This document shows positions 50,045 through 63,845 of a stretch of 64,000 bases of DNA, piece by piece. The notes beneath the pieces are model-generated. The model was given only the letters and a program-made list of their open reading frames with translations. It did no database searches and was not told the origin of the DNA. This DNA comes from Eledone cirrhosa (taxonomy: Eukaryota). The stretch covers positions 321,222,001 through 321,286,000 of the forward strand of contig OZ024743.1 in assembly GCA_964016885.1 (NCBI GenBank). Reading direction: 5' to 3'. The position numbers and the translations under genes are program-made. Each line of letters starts with the position of its first letter. The stretch's first letter is position 1.

Positions 50045-51903
50045 TGTCACACCATAACCACACAAATTGTTAACCAGGTAATACTAGAGGGTATCATACC
50101 AAAGGATTGGTGCAGCAGCATCATTGTCAACTGCTATAAAGGTAAAGGTGATGTACTAGATAGAGGAAACTAGAGATGTATAAAGCTGATGGACCAGGTC
50201 ATGAAAGTAACGGAAAGAGTTATAGCACAGTTGATTAGGGACATTAGATGAGATGCAATTTGGGTTTGTACCAGGAAAAGGCACCACTGATGCCCTCTTC
50301 CTTGTGTGGCAGTTACAGGAAAAGTACCTAGTTAAAAGTAAGCTGCTCTACCTGGCATTCGTCGATCTGGAAAAAGCCTTCAACAAAGTCCCTCGTGCTA
50401 TAATCTGGTGGGCTCTTAGAAAATTAGGAGTAAATGAATGGCTTGTGAAAGCTGTACAAGCCATGAATAGGGGAGCAATCAGCAAAGTTAGGGTTAGAAA
50501 TGACTATAGCGAGAAATTTAGAATACAGGTCGGTGTCCCCCTGGGCTCTGTTCTTAGCCCTCTCCAGTTCATTATAGTTTTGCAGGCAATAACAGAGGAG
50601 TTTAAGACCGGATGCCCATGGAACACCTGTATGCAGATGATCTCGTACTTATAGCTGAATCCATGGTGGAACTAGAGAAGAAATTCCAAACATGGAAGCA
50701 GGGAGTAGAAAGAAAGGGTCTCAAAGTCAACCTGACAAAGACTAAGGTTCTTGTAAGTAGACGAGAAAACAGAACCCAGATTCCCTCAGGGAAATGGCTT
50801 TGCTCAGTATGTAGGAAAGGTGTAGTAGGAACTCCATCCTCTGCCCCAAATGCAAACAATGGGAAAACAAGAGATGTAGTGGGATCTCAGGAAGTTTAAC
50901 TAAGAATGTAGGATTCATGTGTAGCAGCTGCGCTGGGACAGCAAGCAGCAAACGACCACAGGAAACAAGCACCACCAAACTCTGGGAGTGCTCTGTAGAA
51001 ACAGTAGACAGCTTCTGCTACCTAGGTGACCGAATTAGCAGCGGAGTTGGGTGTTCGGAAATTACAATAACTAGGGTAAGAACAGGATGGAATAAGTTCA
51101 GGGAGCTACTGCCACTGCTAACTACAAAAGGCTTTTCCCTCAAAATGAAAGGCAGACTGTATGATGCGTGTATACGAACAGCAATGTTACAAGGTAGTGA
51201 GACCTGGGCACTGTGTGTAGAAGACTTGCATAGATTAGAAAGAAATGAAGCCTGCATGCTCCGATGGATGTGTAATAGTAATATATGTGAACGGCAAAGT
51301 ATAACCGAATTGAGAGATAGACTGAGCATCAGAGGAATCAAATGCTGTGTGCAGTAGAGGAGGTTATGTTCGGATGGACATGTGATGCGTATGAAGTATG
51401 AAAGCTGCATAAAATGGTGCAGAGCACTAGAAGTTGATAGAAGCCGCGGAGTGGGGGAGACCCAAGAAGACCTGGAATGAGGTGATAAAGGCCGACCTTA
51501 CCAAATTGCACCTCTCAAGAGCAATGACTGTGACCTCTGGCATCACGCAGTAATACAGAAGACCCAACCCCACCCCACAGGAACAAGCCGAAGCTGAAGC
51601 ATATAGACAATATGCCCCCAAACCCTCCCATTGCAAAGTGGTCGTGGAGGTGCCACGGCAAAAAAGCACCCAGCCCACACTGTAAAGTGGACGTGGAGGC
51701 ACCACAGAAAAAAGCACCCAGCCCTCACGGTAAATGAGGTTGGTGTTAGGAAGGATATCCAGCTGTAGAAATCAAGCCAGAATCTGTTCCTGTATAGGCA
51801 AGGCAAGGTCAGCCGACCCGACACTGCCCACAACAGGACAACCCGTCTAACCCATGCTAGCGTGGAAGAACAGACGTAAAACGATGATGATGATGATGAT
51901 GAT
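50045..51903 (+). mobile_element. 5'-truncated RTE LINE (RT + PHD-like finger), (GAT)n tail
   Basis: CYKGKGD, MQFGFVPGKGTTDA, AFVDLEKAF, GV..GSVLSP, LYADDLVLIAES, GKWLCSVCRKGV, FCYLGD, GSETW; GAT x7 at 51883-51903. Confidence 0.93.
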
Positions 51904-52129
51904 GTATGTCTGTAACTATGTATATTTGTATCTGCATGTGTGTGTGTGTATGTGCATATATATATGTTAGCACATATAGTTAGTGTAGCCACTAATTCAT
52001 TTATTTATTCATCCTCTCTTCTTTCTCATTGTATTTTTAACTTATTTTTAATGTACTTTTATTTATTTCTCTCTACCAAATATCTGACCAACATACACCT
52101 CACCTCCCTCAACCCTTTGTTTGGCAAGC

Positions 52130-53720
52130 TTTCTATGGCTGGCTGCCCTTTCTAACACCAGCATGTACTGGATGTTTTTATTGTGTAGATCACCAACACT
52201 AGGAAGGCTTTCATGTCCTTGACACAACTGGAAGGTTCACCCAACACTTGGATATCCATTCTCTCCTTTTACTTATTCTACATCATTCATGCGCATTAAC
52301 ATTTCACATCTATCGGGGCATACATGTTTCATTTCTTTCCAACCTTTGCAGGTCTTCTGAGGTGAAGGCTTATGAGTCACTGCCATGTAGCATTATAGTT
52401 TTTATGCAGGCATCATACATTCTACCCTTCACTCTGAGAGAGAAGCCTTTGGTTGACAGCAGAGGTATTAGATTTCCAGCCTGTTCTTATGTTAGCTATC
52501 ATATTTTCAGTGCATCCTCCCCAATGGCTGAATTGGTCAGCTAGGTAACAAAGGTGTCAATAACCTCTTAAGAGCCTCCCTGGTAGCTGACAGAATCTAC
52601 CTCACATGAGTTCTCAGGGCTTACATTTCCTGTGCTTCTGCCACATATAAAGTCTATATTTTCTATTAGCTGTCCTACAATACCACTACATCTCTTGTGT
52701 GCACCTTATAGAATTTCTTCCCACTCCTTTCTGACATATTGAACAAGGCCAATTTCCTGATGTATCAGTCTCTTGTCCTCTTTTCTACTTATTTAAACTT
52801 TCGTCTTTGCTAAGTTTTATTTTAGTCCTTTCGACTCTAGGTTTTCCTTCTATGCTTGAAATTTTGTCTCTAACTCTCCTATGGATTCAAATATAAGAAC
52901 TAGATCATCAGCATATAGGAGTTCTCATGGAGTGCCAGTTTTAAACTCCTCAGTGATGGCCTAAAAATCAATGATAAACAAATATGGACTGAAGACTTAT
53001 CCCCAATGGATCCCCACTTACCTTCAAATTTATCACTGTACTCATTGCCAATTCTTACTCTGCTGGTTGCTCCTTTATACGTGGCCTGCACAACCTTATG
53101 CTTAGAAATGCTCACCAGATTACAGAGCATAGGACCCTGTTAATGGGCTTCTCCATATCAACGAAAGCCAGATACAGTGGCTTACTCTTAAATAAGTATA
53201 TTTATTGTCATAATATCACCAGAAAGAGAGAATCTGTAGTACCCTTGTCTCACACAAATCCAAACTGATCTTCATCCGACTAGATTTCGTCCTTAATTAA
53301 TTGTGCTATAACCCTTTCAGGAACTTTCATAACCTGGGCTATCAACTTGACACATATGTGGTTATTTCTCTCTAGTGCATCTCCTTTGTCCTGGTAGCAA
53401 TTCATGATAATATTCCTGCTCCAGTCGTTGGGTATACTACTTGATTAACTATACATCTGACTAACTCATATCTTATCATGCCAGATGCTTTTAGTATCAT
53501 AGAAACTATACTGGACAGTCCAGCTGTCTTCCCTACCTTCTGTCTATAATTGCTTTAATTATCACACAACTGTCAACTTTTATAACTGGTCCCTGAGTTA
53601 GGTCTCTACGAGGTAATACATTTATTCTCTTCACACAACAGTTTCTCATTGTAAGTCTACCATGCTTCTTTCTTTTCAGCACCCGGCTCGACATTTTCAC
53701 CACCCGGCTCGACATTTTCA
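52130..53720 (-). mobile_element. Decayed copy of the same RTE family in the opposite orientation
   Basis: Minus-strand remnants of CYQDKGDALERNNH, QFGFV, LAFVDMEKP, YADDL, CYLAD, GRMYDAC. Confidence 0.8.
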
Positions 53721-53804
53721 CCGTTGTCACCTAAAAGTCAAAATGTTTATGAAGGCAAGTTCCCCACTACATATTTATATATATATATACATCATTATTT
53801 GTGT

Positions 53805-53895
53805 TGGTGTTGTTCTTGTTATTGATGGTGGTGGTGGTGGTGATGGTGATGGTGGTGGTGGTGGTGATGATGAGGAGGAGAAGGAAGAGGGATGA
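53805..53895. repeat. (GGT/GAT/GAG)n low-complexity tract (duplicate at ~61375-61470)
   Basis: Direct reading. Confidence 0.85.
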
Positions 53896-54029
53896 CATTT
53901 GCAATGCTGAGGATGATGTGGAGAAGGAGCATTGTTGTATTTTGGATATGTCATCCTGCAAATAGAAACTCATATAATATATGTAGTTGACTTAATTAAT
54001 TAATCAATTAATTGATTCTTCTTTTTCTT

Positions 54030-55325
54030 CACCTACTTATTCCTAAGAGGGTTGTGAGGGCAGAGTCCTCAAACCTTCCTTCCAGTGGGTCCTGTGAGAA
54101 GCAACTTTCTCCAACTAATCTGGCTGGATTTCCAAGTGAGACAAGCCAAGCTCATGGATGTTATCCAACCATCTTTTTCTGGCTCCACCCTGGGTCTCCT
54201 ACCAGTTGGTTTTGCTCATAAAATCATCTGTCCAGCATTTCTTTCTTTAGACATTCTAACCACATGCCCATAGAATAGGATCTGTGATCTCTCAATTTGG
54301 AGAAGTAACAGCCCTACCTGGTGTTACTCTCTGATCTCTGAGCAACCCACTCTATTGAGTGACATTACTCCTAAGACCCTTCAGAGGGACCCCAATTTGG
54401 CTTGTATTCACGATCGTACTCTTTCAGTCTTTACCAAAGATTCATGACCATAGGTAATGATTGGCACAAATAGCGAAATGAAGATAGCGAGTTTGGCTTT
54501 TACACCTACATCCCTTCTTATGATGACCAGATGCTGAAGCTGGAGCATTGTTGCACCAGCTCCCACAATTCTTGTATTTAATTCAGCCCCCTGCCTTCTA
54601 TCACTAGTAAACATAGCCGCCAAGATACTTGAACTTCTCCACCTGCTTCAGTTAAACTTCATTCACATGTAGAGAGCACTGTGCAGGATTCCTTGAGAGG
54701 ATGAGTGTCTCAGTTTTTGCAGCAATGATTTTCATTCCAGCCATGCAACACTCAGCATCAAACCTATCAACTGCCAGTTGGAGATCACCATCTCTCGAGT
54801 TAAGTGACACAATGTCATCTACATATTCCAACTGACTGATTTTACACCTGCCACTTGTGATACCACTTCCAACAAAGTTGTGCATGTTACCTGTTCATGA
54901 AAATAATACATTATAACCCCTGCCTGGGGTTATGAGTGTCAAAACGATCCTAAATGAAGTTGTATTAGTTTCAACGTATGGTTCAGGCATCTTGGAAACA
55001 AATTCATATATAGATTATCTGCCTCCAATTCATCTTTGGACATCCACTTTTCCACTTCCCATGGGGGTACTAATACAGGACCTGATTAGCATGTCTCTCA
55101 CTTGGGAGTCATGTAACCTGTCCCAACAAGCCAAGTCAATGTTTGCACATGGTGTTAGAGAAACATTGTTGGTGTACTTCTTTATTGGTGATGAAGTCAG
55201 GCACCTGATGCCAATGATTTTGCATAGGATTTTGGTGTCAAAAACATGTAATTGGTTCTCTTGGCTGGTCTTCACTCTCCATATTTCACACCGATGCAGG
55301 AGTGTTGAAAGCACAATATACATAG
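54030..55325 (-). mobile_element. Two adjacent decayed RTE-like LINE fragments (~54030-54900 and ~54950-55325)
   Basis: LEYVDD...GMKI..AKTE, FKYLG, PIITYGHES; second piece VLSTLL..CE.W......L.VFD.K.L..I.GI. Confidence 0.75.
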
Positions 55326-55339
55326 ATTAGGAAGAATAT

Positions 55340-56270
55340 TGGATTATAATAATGAAATAACAGTACCTGGCCTATCATGGTGCAGAGTTATTCTCTGTAA
55401 AGCTAGAACTAGGTCCATCCAGCTTGACATTGTAGACTTTTACCTCCTATGATGAAGACTACATTCAGGCTTTATATTTTACACAGGCTTGTCATCATTA
55501 TTAATTATGATATATATGATATATATCTAATTATGTATTTTTACAATAACCCATTTTTTCTTAGCAGCTGAAGTAGAAGAGTTATTTGATATATTGGTGT
55601 GGTCATAGAAGTGTTGATGTGTGTGGACTGGCTAACATATATAGTCAGGAATTACTAAGTTTCCTATCTAAAATGTTGGTCTCTATTTGAATGTTGGTTT
55701 GGCTTTCTTCCTACATGTTGATAGCTACACATTAGACTCCTCTATAAAAAAGCTAATATCTTCATTCCTTACCAAGGTCTTAAGATAACATTAGAAACTA
55801 AGCTTGCCAAAGCAGGTTTCCTAAATGCTACATTTTACTTAATAACCTGTACTCCCAAGATTTCTACAAACCAAATGGAAAACTTAAATGTATAAATAAA
55901 AAGTCCTGCCTCCCTATTAATCTTTTAGAACTTTATTTCCAATATTAGCCCAAGTTTTGCTAATCTATCTTCCTCTAAAGTCATATTTGGGAAGGTGGCC
56001 CCATACTACAATAGAGCTCTATTAGATAGTGTTTTTCAAGACAAGATTCACTACACCACCTCCTGCCTGACCCAAAATATTCAGGAACAGTCCCAGAAAA
56101 CTCATCTGGTTTGTACTTCCTTTCTTGTTAAACATGAAGACTAACATAGGTAAGAGATTATTGGTTCTGTTAGAGAAGCATTTTCCCCCTCAACACTAGC
56201 AAAATCTTCAGCAAACATTCCAATAAAATTAACTACTACTAAGCACATAACATGATATCCTTTAACTATC
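55340..56270 (+). mobile_element. Heavily decayed Penelope-like reverse transcriptase
   Basis: Across frameshifts: QLDIVDFY, LFDI...DVCGLA, GLKITLE, FLNATF, YKPN, APYYNRAL, RKLIWF..PF..NMKTNIGK..L.LLEKHFP. Confidence 0.7.
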
Positions 56271-56525
56271 TAAGAATTCACTCATCAAACAGATACTCTA
56301 TCCCACAAGAGGTAACACATTCATGACTTTGTTGTAGTCATCACTTCACAACCTTAATCTCATATGTATGTCATTTCATGTATATACTTCTTGAATTGTA
56401 AGTTTGTCTTCTGTTGTAAATGTGTCTTCTGCCTTCATAATGTTTATTTTGCTCCAATTTTAGAAGAACCTTTTGGTAATTCTTATACCCTACTTTGTCT
56501 CCAACAAATAAACTGTCATTGGCAA

Positions 56526-56910
56526 GGGCGATGGATTGGCACTATTGGTAGAGGGTCGGATGCCATGCATTCCAGCATAGTTACGTCCCTTTACGATCTG
56601 AGTTCAAATCCCGCCGAGGTTGACTTTGCCTTTCATCCTTATGTGGGTCGATAAAATAAAAGTACCAGTAATGCACTGGGATAATTACTGGCCTTGTGCC
56701 AAATGTAGAAACAATTATTATGAAAGGGTGGATTGGCAGTATCGGTAGAGAGTCGGACGCCATGCTTTGATGCATAGAGTTACGGCCCTAGCCACTCTGA
56801 GTTCAAATCCCGCCGAGGTTAACTTTGACTTTAATCCTTACGGGGTCGATAAAATAAAGTACCAGTAATGCACTGGGTAGTTGCTGGCCTTGTGCCAAAA
56901 GTAGAAACAA
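56526..56910 (+). mobile_element. Two head-to-tail SINEs at the duplication junction
   Basis: Two A-box/B-box/core sets (~56526-56712, ~56725-56910). Confidence 0.92.
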
Positions 56911-56943
56911 TTATTATTACCATTATTATTTCGTCACTATTAC

Positions 56944-57504
56944 CATTTCCTGTGTTATTAACCCTCTCTAGGGCGGGTAAAATTCCCGAGATCCATGGAC
57001 AGGTTCTCCCCAGCGGTCTCTGTCCCTCATTATCGCTGCCATGTCCTGCGTCTACAACAGACCAGTGTCTGTCCTTAGGGCATCAACATGCGTTAACCTT
57101 GGTCTTCCTCTTCCAGTGTGTCCATGTAGGGGCTCCCACAGGAGCACTGAGTGCAATGTCAACTCTGGATGTCGGTGAGCATGTCCAGCTAACCTCAGTC
57201 TCCTCTGTCTCACTTTTGAGCTGATTTTGGGAGGCTCCCATACAGCTCTGAGTTTTTCATCCTCAGTGTATACTGATTAATGTTCAGAGCCATCCTCAGC
57301 ATTCTCGTGTAACACGCATCCACCAACTGAGTGAGTTTCTTTGTCAGTGTCCAAGCCTCAGACCCGTACAGCAGCACAGACTCCACTACAGCAGTGAAGA
57401 GGTGGATTTTCAGGTCTTTAGGAAGCTCCGACTTCCACACCGATCTCAAGCTGTGGCACGCCGCCCAGGCTCTGCTCTTCCACTCAACCACATCATCTTC
57501 CGTA
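56944..57504 (-). mobile_element. RTE 3' fragment (duplicate of 49300-49860)
   Basis: VESVLLYGSEAWT; 1-bp frameshift relative to copy 1. Confidence 0.85.
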
Positions 57505-57688
57505 TGCCCAAATTAAACCTATTACCCTTTATTAAACCTTTTCACCATTCTTATAGTTATTTACCTAAATTTTTATATCACCATATATTCTTGTAGCATC
57601 TTTCACTAGGCGTATGTACTAGTACACATGTGTGTATGTTGGTAGGTACACTGATCCATACTTCTCTATGTGTGTATATGCATGCATA

Positions 57689-59497
57689 TGTCACACCATA
57701 ACCACACAAATTGTTAACCAGGTAATACTAGAGGGTATCATACCAAAGGATTGGTGCAGCAGCATCATTGTCAACTGCTATAAAGGTAAAGGTGATGTAC
57801 TAGATAGAGGAAACTAGAGATGTATAAAGCTGATGGACCAGGTCATGAAAGTAACGGAAAGAGTTATAGCACAGTAGATTAGGGACATTAGATGAGATGC
57901 AATTTGGGTTTGTACCAGGAAAAGGCACCACTGATGCCCTCTTCCTTGTGTGGCAGTTACAGGAAAAGTACCTAGTTAAAAGTAAGCTGCTCTACCTGGC
58001 ATTCGTCGATCTGGAAAAAGCCTTCAACAAAGTCCCTCGTGCTATAATCTGGTGGGCTCTTAGAAAATTAGGAGTAAATGAATGGCTTGTGAAAGCTGTA
58101 CAAGCCATGAATAGGGGAGCAATCAGCAAAGTTAGGGTTAGAAATGACTATAGCGAGAAATTTAGAATACAGGTCGGTGTCCCCCTGGGCTCTGTTCTTA
58201 GCCCTCTCCAGTTCATTATAGTTTTGCAGGCAATAACAGAGGAGTTTAAGACCGGATGCCCATGGAACACCTGTATGCAGATGATCTCGTACTTATAGCT
58301 GAATCCATGGTGGAACTAGAGAAGAAATTCCAAACATGGAAGCAGGGAGTAGAAAGAAAGGGTCTCAAAGTCAACCTGACAAAGACTAAGGTTCTTGTAA
58401 GTAGACGAGAAAACAGAACCCAGATTCCCTCAGGGAAATGGCTTTGCTCAGTATGTAGGAAAGGTGTAGTAGGAACTCCATCCTCTGCCCCAAATGCAAA
58501 CAATGGGAAAACAAGAGATGTAGTGGGATCTCAGGAAGTTTAACTAAGAATGTAGGATTCATGTGTAGCAGCTGCGCTGGGACAGCAAGCAGCAAGCGAC
58601 CACAGGAAACAAGCACCACCAAACTCTGGGAGTGCTCTGTAGAAACAGTAGACAGCTTCTGCTACCTAGGTGACCGAATTAGCAGCGGAGTTGGGTGTTC
58701 GGAAATTACAATAACTAGGGTAAGAACAGGATGGAATAAGTTCAGGGAGCTACTGCCACTGCTAACTACAAAAGGCTTTTCCCTCAAAATGAAAGGCAGA
58801 CTGTATGATGCGTGTATACGAACAGCAATGTTACAAGGTAGTGAGACCTGGGCACTGTGTGTAGAAGACTTGCATAGATTAGAAAGAAATGAAGCCTGCA
58901 TGCTCCGATGGATGTGTAATAGTAATATATGTGAACGGCAAAGTATAACCGAATTGAGAGAGAGATTGAGCTTCAGAGGAATCAAATGCTGTGTGTAGTA
59001 GAGGAGGTTACGTTCGTATGGACATGTAATGCGTATGAAGTATGACAGCTGCATAAAATGGTGCAGAGTACTAGAAGTTGATGGAAGCCGCGGAGTGGGG
59101 AAGACCCAAGAAAACCTGGGATGAGGTGATAAAGGCCGACCTTACCAAATTGCACCTCTCAAGAGCAATGACTGTGACCTCTGGCATCACGCAGTAATAC
59201 AGAAGACCCAACCCCCCCACAGGAACAAACCGAAGCTGAAGCATATAGACAATATGCCCCCAAACCCTCCCATTGCAAAGTGGTCGTGGAGGTGCCACGG
59301 CAAAAAAGCACCCAGCACTCACGGTAAATGAGGTTGGTGTTAGGAAGGATATCCAGCTGTAGAAATCAAGCCAGAATCTGTTCCTGTATAGGCAAGGCAA
59401 GGTCAGCCGACTGGACACTGCCCACAACAAGACAACCCGTCTAACCCATGCTAGCGTGGAAGAACAGACGTAAAACGATGATGATGATGATGATGAT
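57689..59497 (+). mobile_element. RTE LINE with PHD-like finger (duplicate of 50045-51903)
   Basis: ORFs 57897 and 58256 are identical, and 58561 nearly identical, to their copy 1 counterparts. Confidence 0.93.
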
Positions 59498-59725
59498 GTA
59501 TGTCTGTAACTATGTATATTTGTATCTGCGTGTGTGTGTGTGTGTATGTGCATATATATATGTTAGCACATATAGTTAGTGTAGCCACTAATTCATTTAT
59601 TTATTCATCCTCTCTTCTTTCTCATTGTATTTTTAACTTATTTTTAATGTACTTTTATTTATTTCTCTCTACCAAATATCTGACCAACACACACCTCACC
59701 TCCCTCAACCCTTTGTTTGGCAAGC

Positions 59726-61297
59726 TTTCTATGGCTGGCTGCCCTTTCTAACACCAGCATGTACTGGATGTTTTTATTGTGTAGATCACCAACACTAGGA
59801 AGGCTTTCATGTCCTTGACACAACTGGAAGGTTCACCCAACACTTGGATATCCATTCTCTCCTTTTACTTATTCTACATCATTCATGCGCATTAACATTT
59901 CACATCTATCGGGGCATACATGTTTCATTTCTTTCCAACCTTTGCAGGTCTTCTGAGGTGAAGGCTTATGAGTCACTGCCATGTAGCATTATAGTTTTTA
60001 TGCAGGCATCATACATTCTACCCTTCACTCTGAGAGAGAAGCCTTTGGTTGACAGCAGAGGTATTAGATTTCCAGCCTGTTCTTATGTTAGCTATCATAT
60101 TTTCAGTGCATCCTCCCCAATGGCTGAATTGGTCAGCTAGGTAACAAAGGTGTCAATAACCTCTTAAGAGCCTCCCTGGTAGCTGACAGAATCTACCTCA
60201 CATGAGTTCTCAGGGCTTACATTTCCTGTGCTTCTGCCACATATAAAGTCTATATTTTCTATTAGCTGTCCTACAATACCACTACATCTCTTGTGTGCAC
60301 CTTATAGAATTTCTTCCCACTCCTTTCTGACATATTGAACAAGGCCAATTTCCTGATGTATCAGTCTCTTGTCCTCTTTTCTACTTATTAAAACTTTCGT
60401 CTTTGCTAAGTTTTATTTTAATCCTTTCGACTCTAGGTTTTTCTACTATGCTTGAAATTTTGTCTCTAACTTTCCTATGGATTCAAATATAAGAACTAGG
60501 TCATCAGCATATAGGAGTTCTCATGGAGTGCCAGTTTTAAACTCCTCAGTGATGGCCTAAAAATCAATGATAAACAAATATCGACTGAAGACTTATCCCC
60601 AGTGGATCCCCACTTACCTTCAAATTTATCACTGTACTCATTGCAAATTCTTACTCTGCTGGTTGCTCCTTTATACGTGGCCTGCACAACCTTATGCTTA
60701 GAAGTGCTCACCAGATTACAGAGCATAGGACCCTGTTAATGGGCTTCTCCATATCAACGAAAGCCAGATACAGTGGCTTACTCTTAAATAAGTATATTTA
60801 TTGTCATAATATCACCAGAAAGAGAGAATCTGTAGTACCCTTGTCTGACACAAATCCAAACTGATCTTCATCTGACTAGATTTTGTCCTTAATTAATTGT
60901 GCTATAACCCTTTCAGGAACTTTCATAACCTGGGCTATCAACTTGACACATATGTGGTTATTTCTCTCTAGTGCATCTCCTTTGTCCTGGTAGCAATTCA
61001 TGATAATATTCCTGCTCCAGTCGTTGGGTATACTACTTGATTAACTATACATCTGACTAACTCATATCTTACCATGCCAGATGCTTTTAGTATCATAGAA
61101 ACTATACTGGACAGTCCAGCTGTCTTCCCTACCTTCTGTCTATAATTGCTTTAATTATCACACAACTGTCAACTTTTATAACTGGTCCCTGAGTTAGGTC
61201 TCTACGAGGTAATACATTTATTCTCTTCACACAACAGTTTCTCATTGTAAGTCTACCATGCTTCTTTCTTTTCAGCACCCGGCTCGACATTTTCACC
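59726..61297 (-). mobile_element. Decayed RTE (duplicate of 52130-53720)
   Basis: Colinear with copy 1. Confidence 0.8.
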
Positions 61298-61604
61298 GTT
61301 GTCACCTAAAGGTCAAAATGTTTATGAAGGCAAGTTCCCCACTACATATTTATATATATATATACATCATTATTTGTGTTGGTGTTGTTCTTGTTATTGA
61401 TGGTGGTGGTGGTGGTGATGGTGATGGTGGTGGTGGTGGTGATGATGAGGAGGAGAAGGAAGAGGGATGACATTTGCAATGCTGAGGATGATGTGGAGAA
61501 GGAGCATTGTTGTATTTTGGATATGTCATCCTGCAAATAGAAACTCATATAATATATGTAGTTGACTTAATTAATTAATCAATTAATTGATTCTTCTTTT
61601 TCTT

Positions 61605-62900
61605 CACCTACTTATTCCTAAGAGGGTTGTGAGGGCAGAGTCCTCAAACCTTCCTTCCAGTGGGTCCTGTGAGAAGCAACTTTCTCCAACTAATCTGGCT
61701 GGATTTCCAAGTGAGACAAGCCAAGCTCATGGATGTTATCCAACCATCTTTTTCTGGCTCCACCCTGGGTCTCCTACCAGTTGGTTTTGCTCATAAAATC
61801 ATCTGTCCAGCATTTCTTTCTTTAGACATTCTAACCACATGCCCATAGAATAGAATCTGTGATCTCTCAATTTGGAGAAGTAACAGCCCTACCTGGTGTT
61901 ACTCTCTGATCTCTGAGCAACCCACTCTATTGAGTGACATTACTCCTAAGACTCTTCAGAGGGACCCCAATTTGGCTTGTATTCACGATCGTACTCTTTC
62001 AGTCTTTACCAAAGATTCATGACCATAGGTAATGATTGGCACAAATAGCGAAATGAAGATAGCGAGTTTGGCTTTTACACCTACATCCCTTCTTATGATG
62101 ACCAGATGCTGAAGCTGGAGCATTACTGCACCAGTTCCCACAATTCTTGCATTTAATTCAGCCCCCTGCCTTCTATCACTAGTAAACATAGCCGTCAAGA
62201 TACTTGAACTTCTCCACCTGCTTCAGTTAAACTCCATTCACATGTAGAGAGCACTGTGCAGGATTCCTTGAGAGGATGAGTGTCTCAGTTTTTGCAGCAA
62301 TGATTTTCATTCCAGCCATGCAACACTCAGCATCAAACCTATCAACTGCCAGTTGGAGATCACCATCTCTCGAGTTAAGTGACACCATGTCATCTGCATA
62401 TTCCAACTGACTGATTTTACACGTGCCACTTGTGATACCACTTCCAACAAAGTTGTGCATGTTACCTGTTCATGAAAATAATTCATTATAACCCCTGCCT
62501 GTGTTATGAGTGTCAAAACGATCCTAAATGAAGTTGTATTAGTTTCAACGTATGGTTCAGGCATCTTGGAAACAAATTCATATATAGATTATCTGCCCCC
62601 AATTCATCTTTGGACATCCACTTTGCCACTTTCCATGGGGGTACTAATACAGGACCTGATTAGCATATCCCTCACTTGGGAGTCATGTAACCTGTCCCAA
62701 CAAGCCAAGTCAATGCTTGCACATGGTGTTAGAGAAACATTGTTGGTGTACTTCTTTATTGGTGATGAAGTCATGCACCTGATGCCAATGACTTTGCATA
62801 GGATTTTGGTGTCAAAAACATGTAATTGGTTCTCTTGGCTGGTCTTCACTCTCCATATTTCACACCGATGCAGGAGTGTTGAAAGCACAATATACATAGA
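61605..62900 (-). mobile_element. RTE-like fragments (duplicate of 54030-55325)
   Basis: LEYADD is intact here where copy 1 has YVDD. Confidence 0.75.
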
Positions 62901-62914
62901 TTAGGAAGAATATT

Positions 62915-63845
62915 GGATTATAATAATGAAATAACAGTACCTGGCCTATCCTGGTGCAGAGTTATTCTCTGTAAAGCTATAACTAGGTCCATCCAGCTTG
63001 ACATTGTAGACTTTTACCTCCTATGATGAAGACTACATTCAGGCTTTATATTTTACACAGGCTTGTCATCATTATTAATCATGATATATATGATATATAT
63101 CTAATTATTTATTTTTACAATAGCCCATTTTTTCTTAGCAGCTGAAGTAGAAGAGTTATTTGATATCTTGGTGTGGTCATAGAAGTGTTGATGTGTGTGG
63201 ACTGGCTAACATATATAGTCAGGAATTACTAAGTTTCCTATCCAAAATGTTGGTCTCTATTTGAATGTTGGTTTGGCTTTCTTCCTACATGTTGATAGCT
63301 ACATATTAGCCTCCTCTATAAAAAAGCTAATATCTTCATTCCTTACCAAGGTCTTAAGATAACATTAGAAACTAAGCTTGCCAAAGCAGGTTTCCTAAAT
63401 GCTACATTTTACTTAATAACCTGTACTCCCAAGATTTCTACAAACCAAATGGAAAACTTAAATGTATAAATAAAAAGTCCTGCCTCCCTATTAATCTTTT
63501 AGAACCTTATTTCCAATATTAGCCCAAGTTTTGCTAATCTATCTTCCTCTAAAGTCATATTTGGTAAGGTGGCCCCATACTACAATAGAGCTCTATTAGA
63601 TAGTGGTTTTAAAGACAAGATTCACTACACCACCTCCTGCCCTGACCCAAAATATTCAGGAACAGTCCCAGAAAACTCATCTGGTTTGTACTTCCTTTCT
63701 TGTTAAACATGAAGACTAACATAGGTAAGAGATTATTGGTTCTGTTAGAGAAGCATTCTCCTCCTCAACACTAGCAAAATCTTCAGCAAACATTCCAATA
63801 AAATTAACTACTACTAAGCACATAACATGATATCCTTTAACTATC
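62915..63845 (+). mobile_element. Decayed Penelope-like RT (duplicate of 55340-56270)
   Basis: Colinear with copy 1. Confidence 0.7.
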
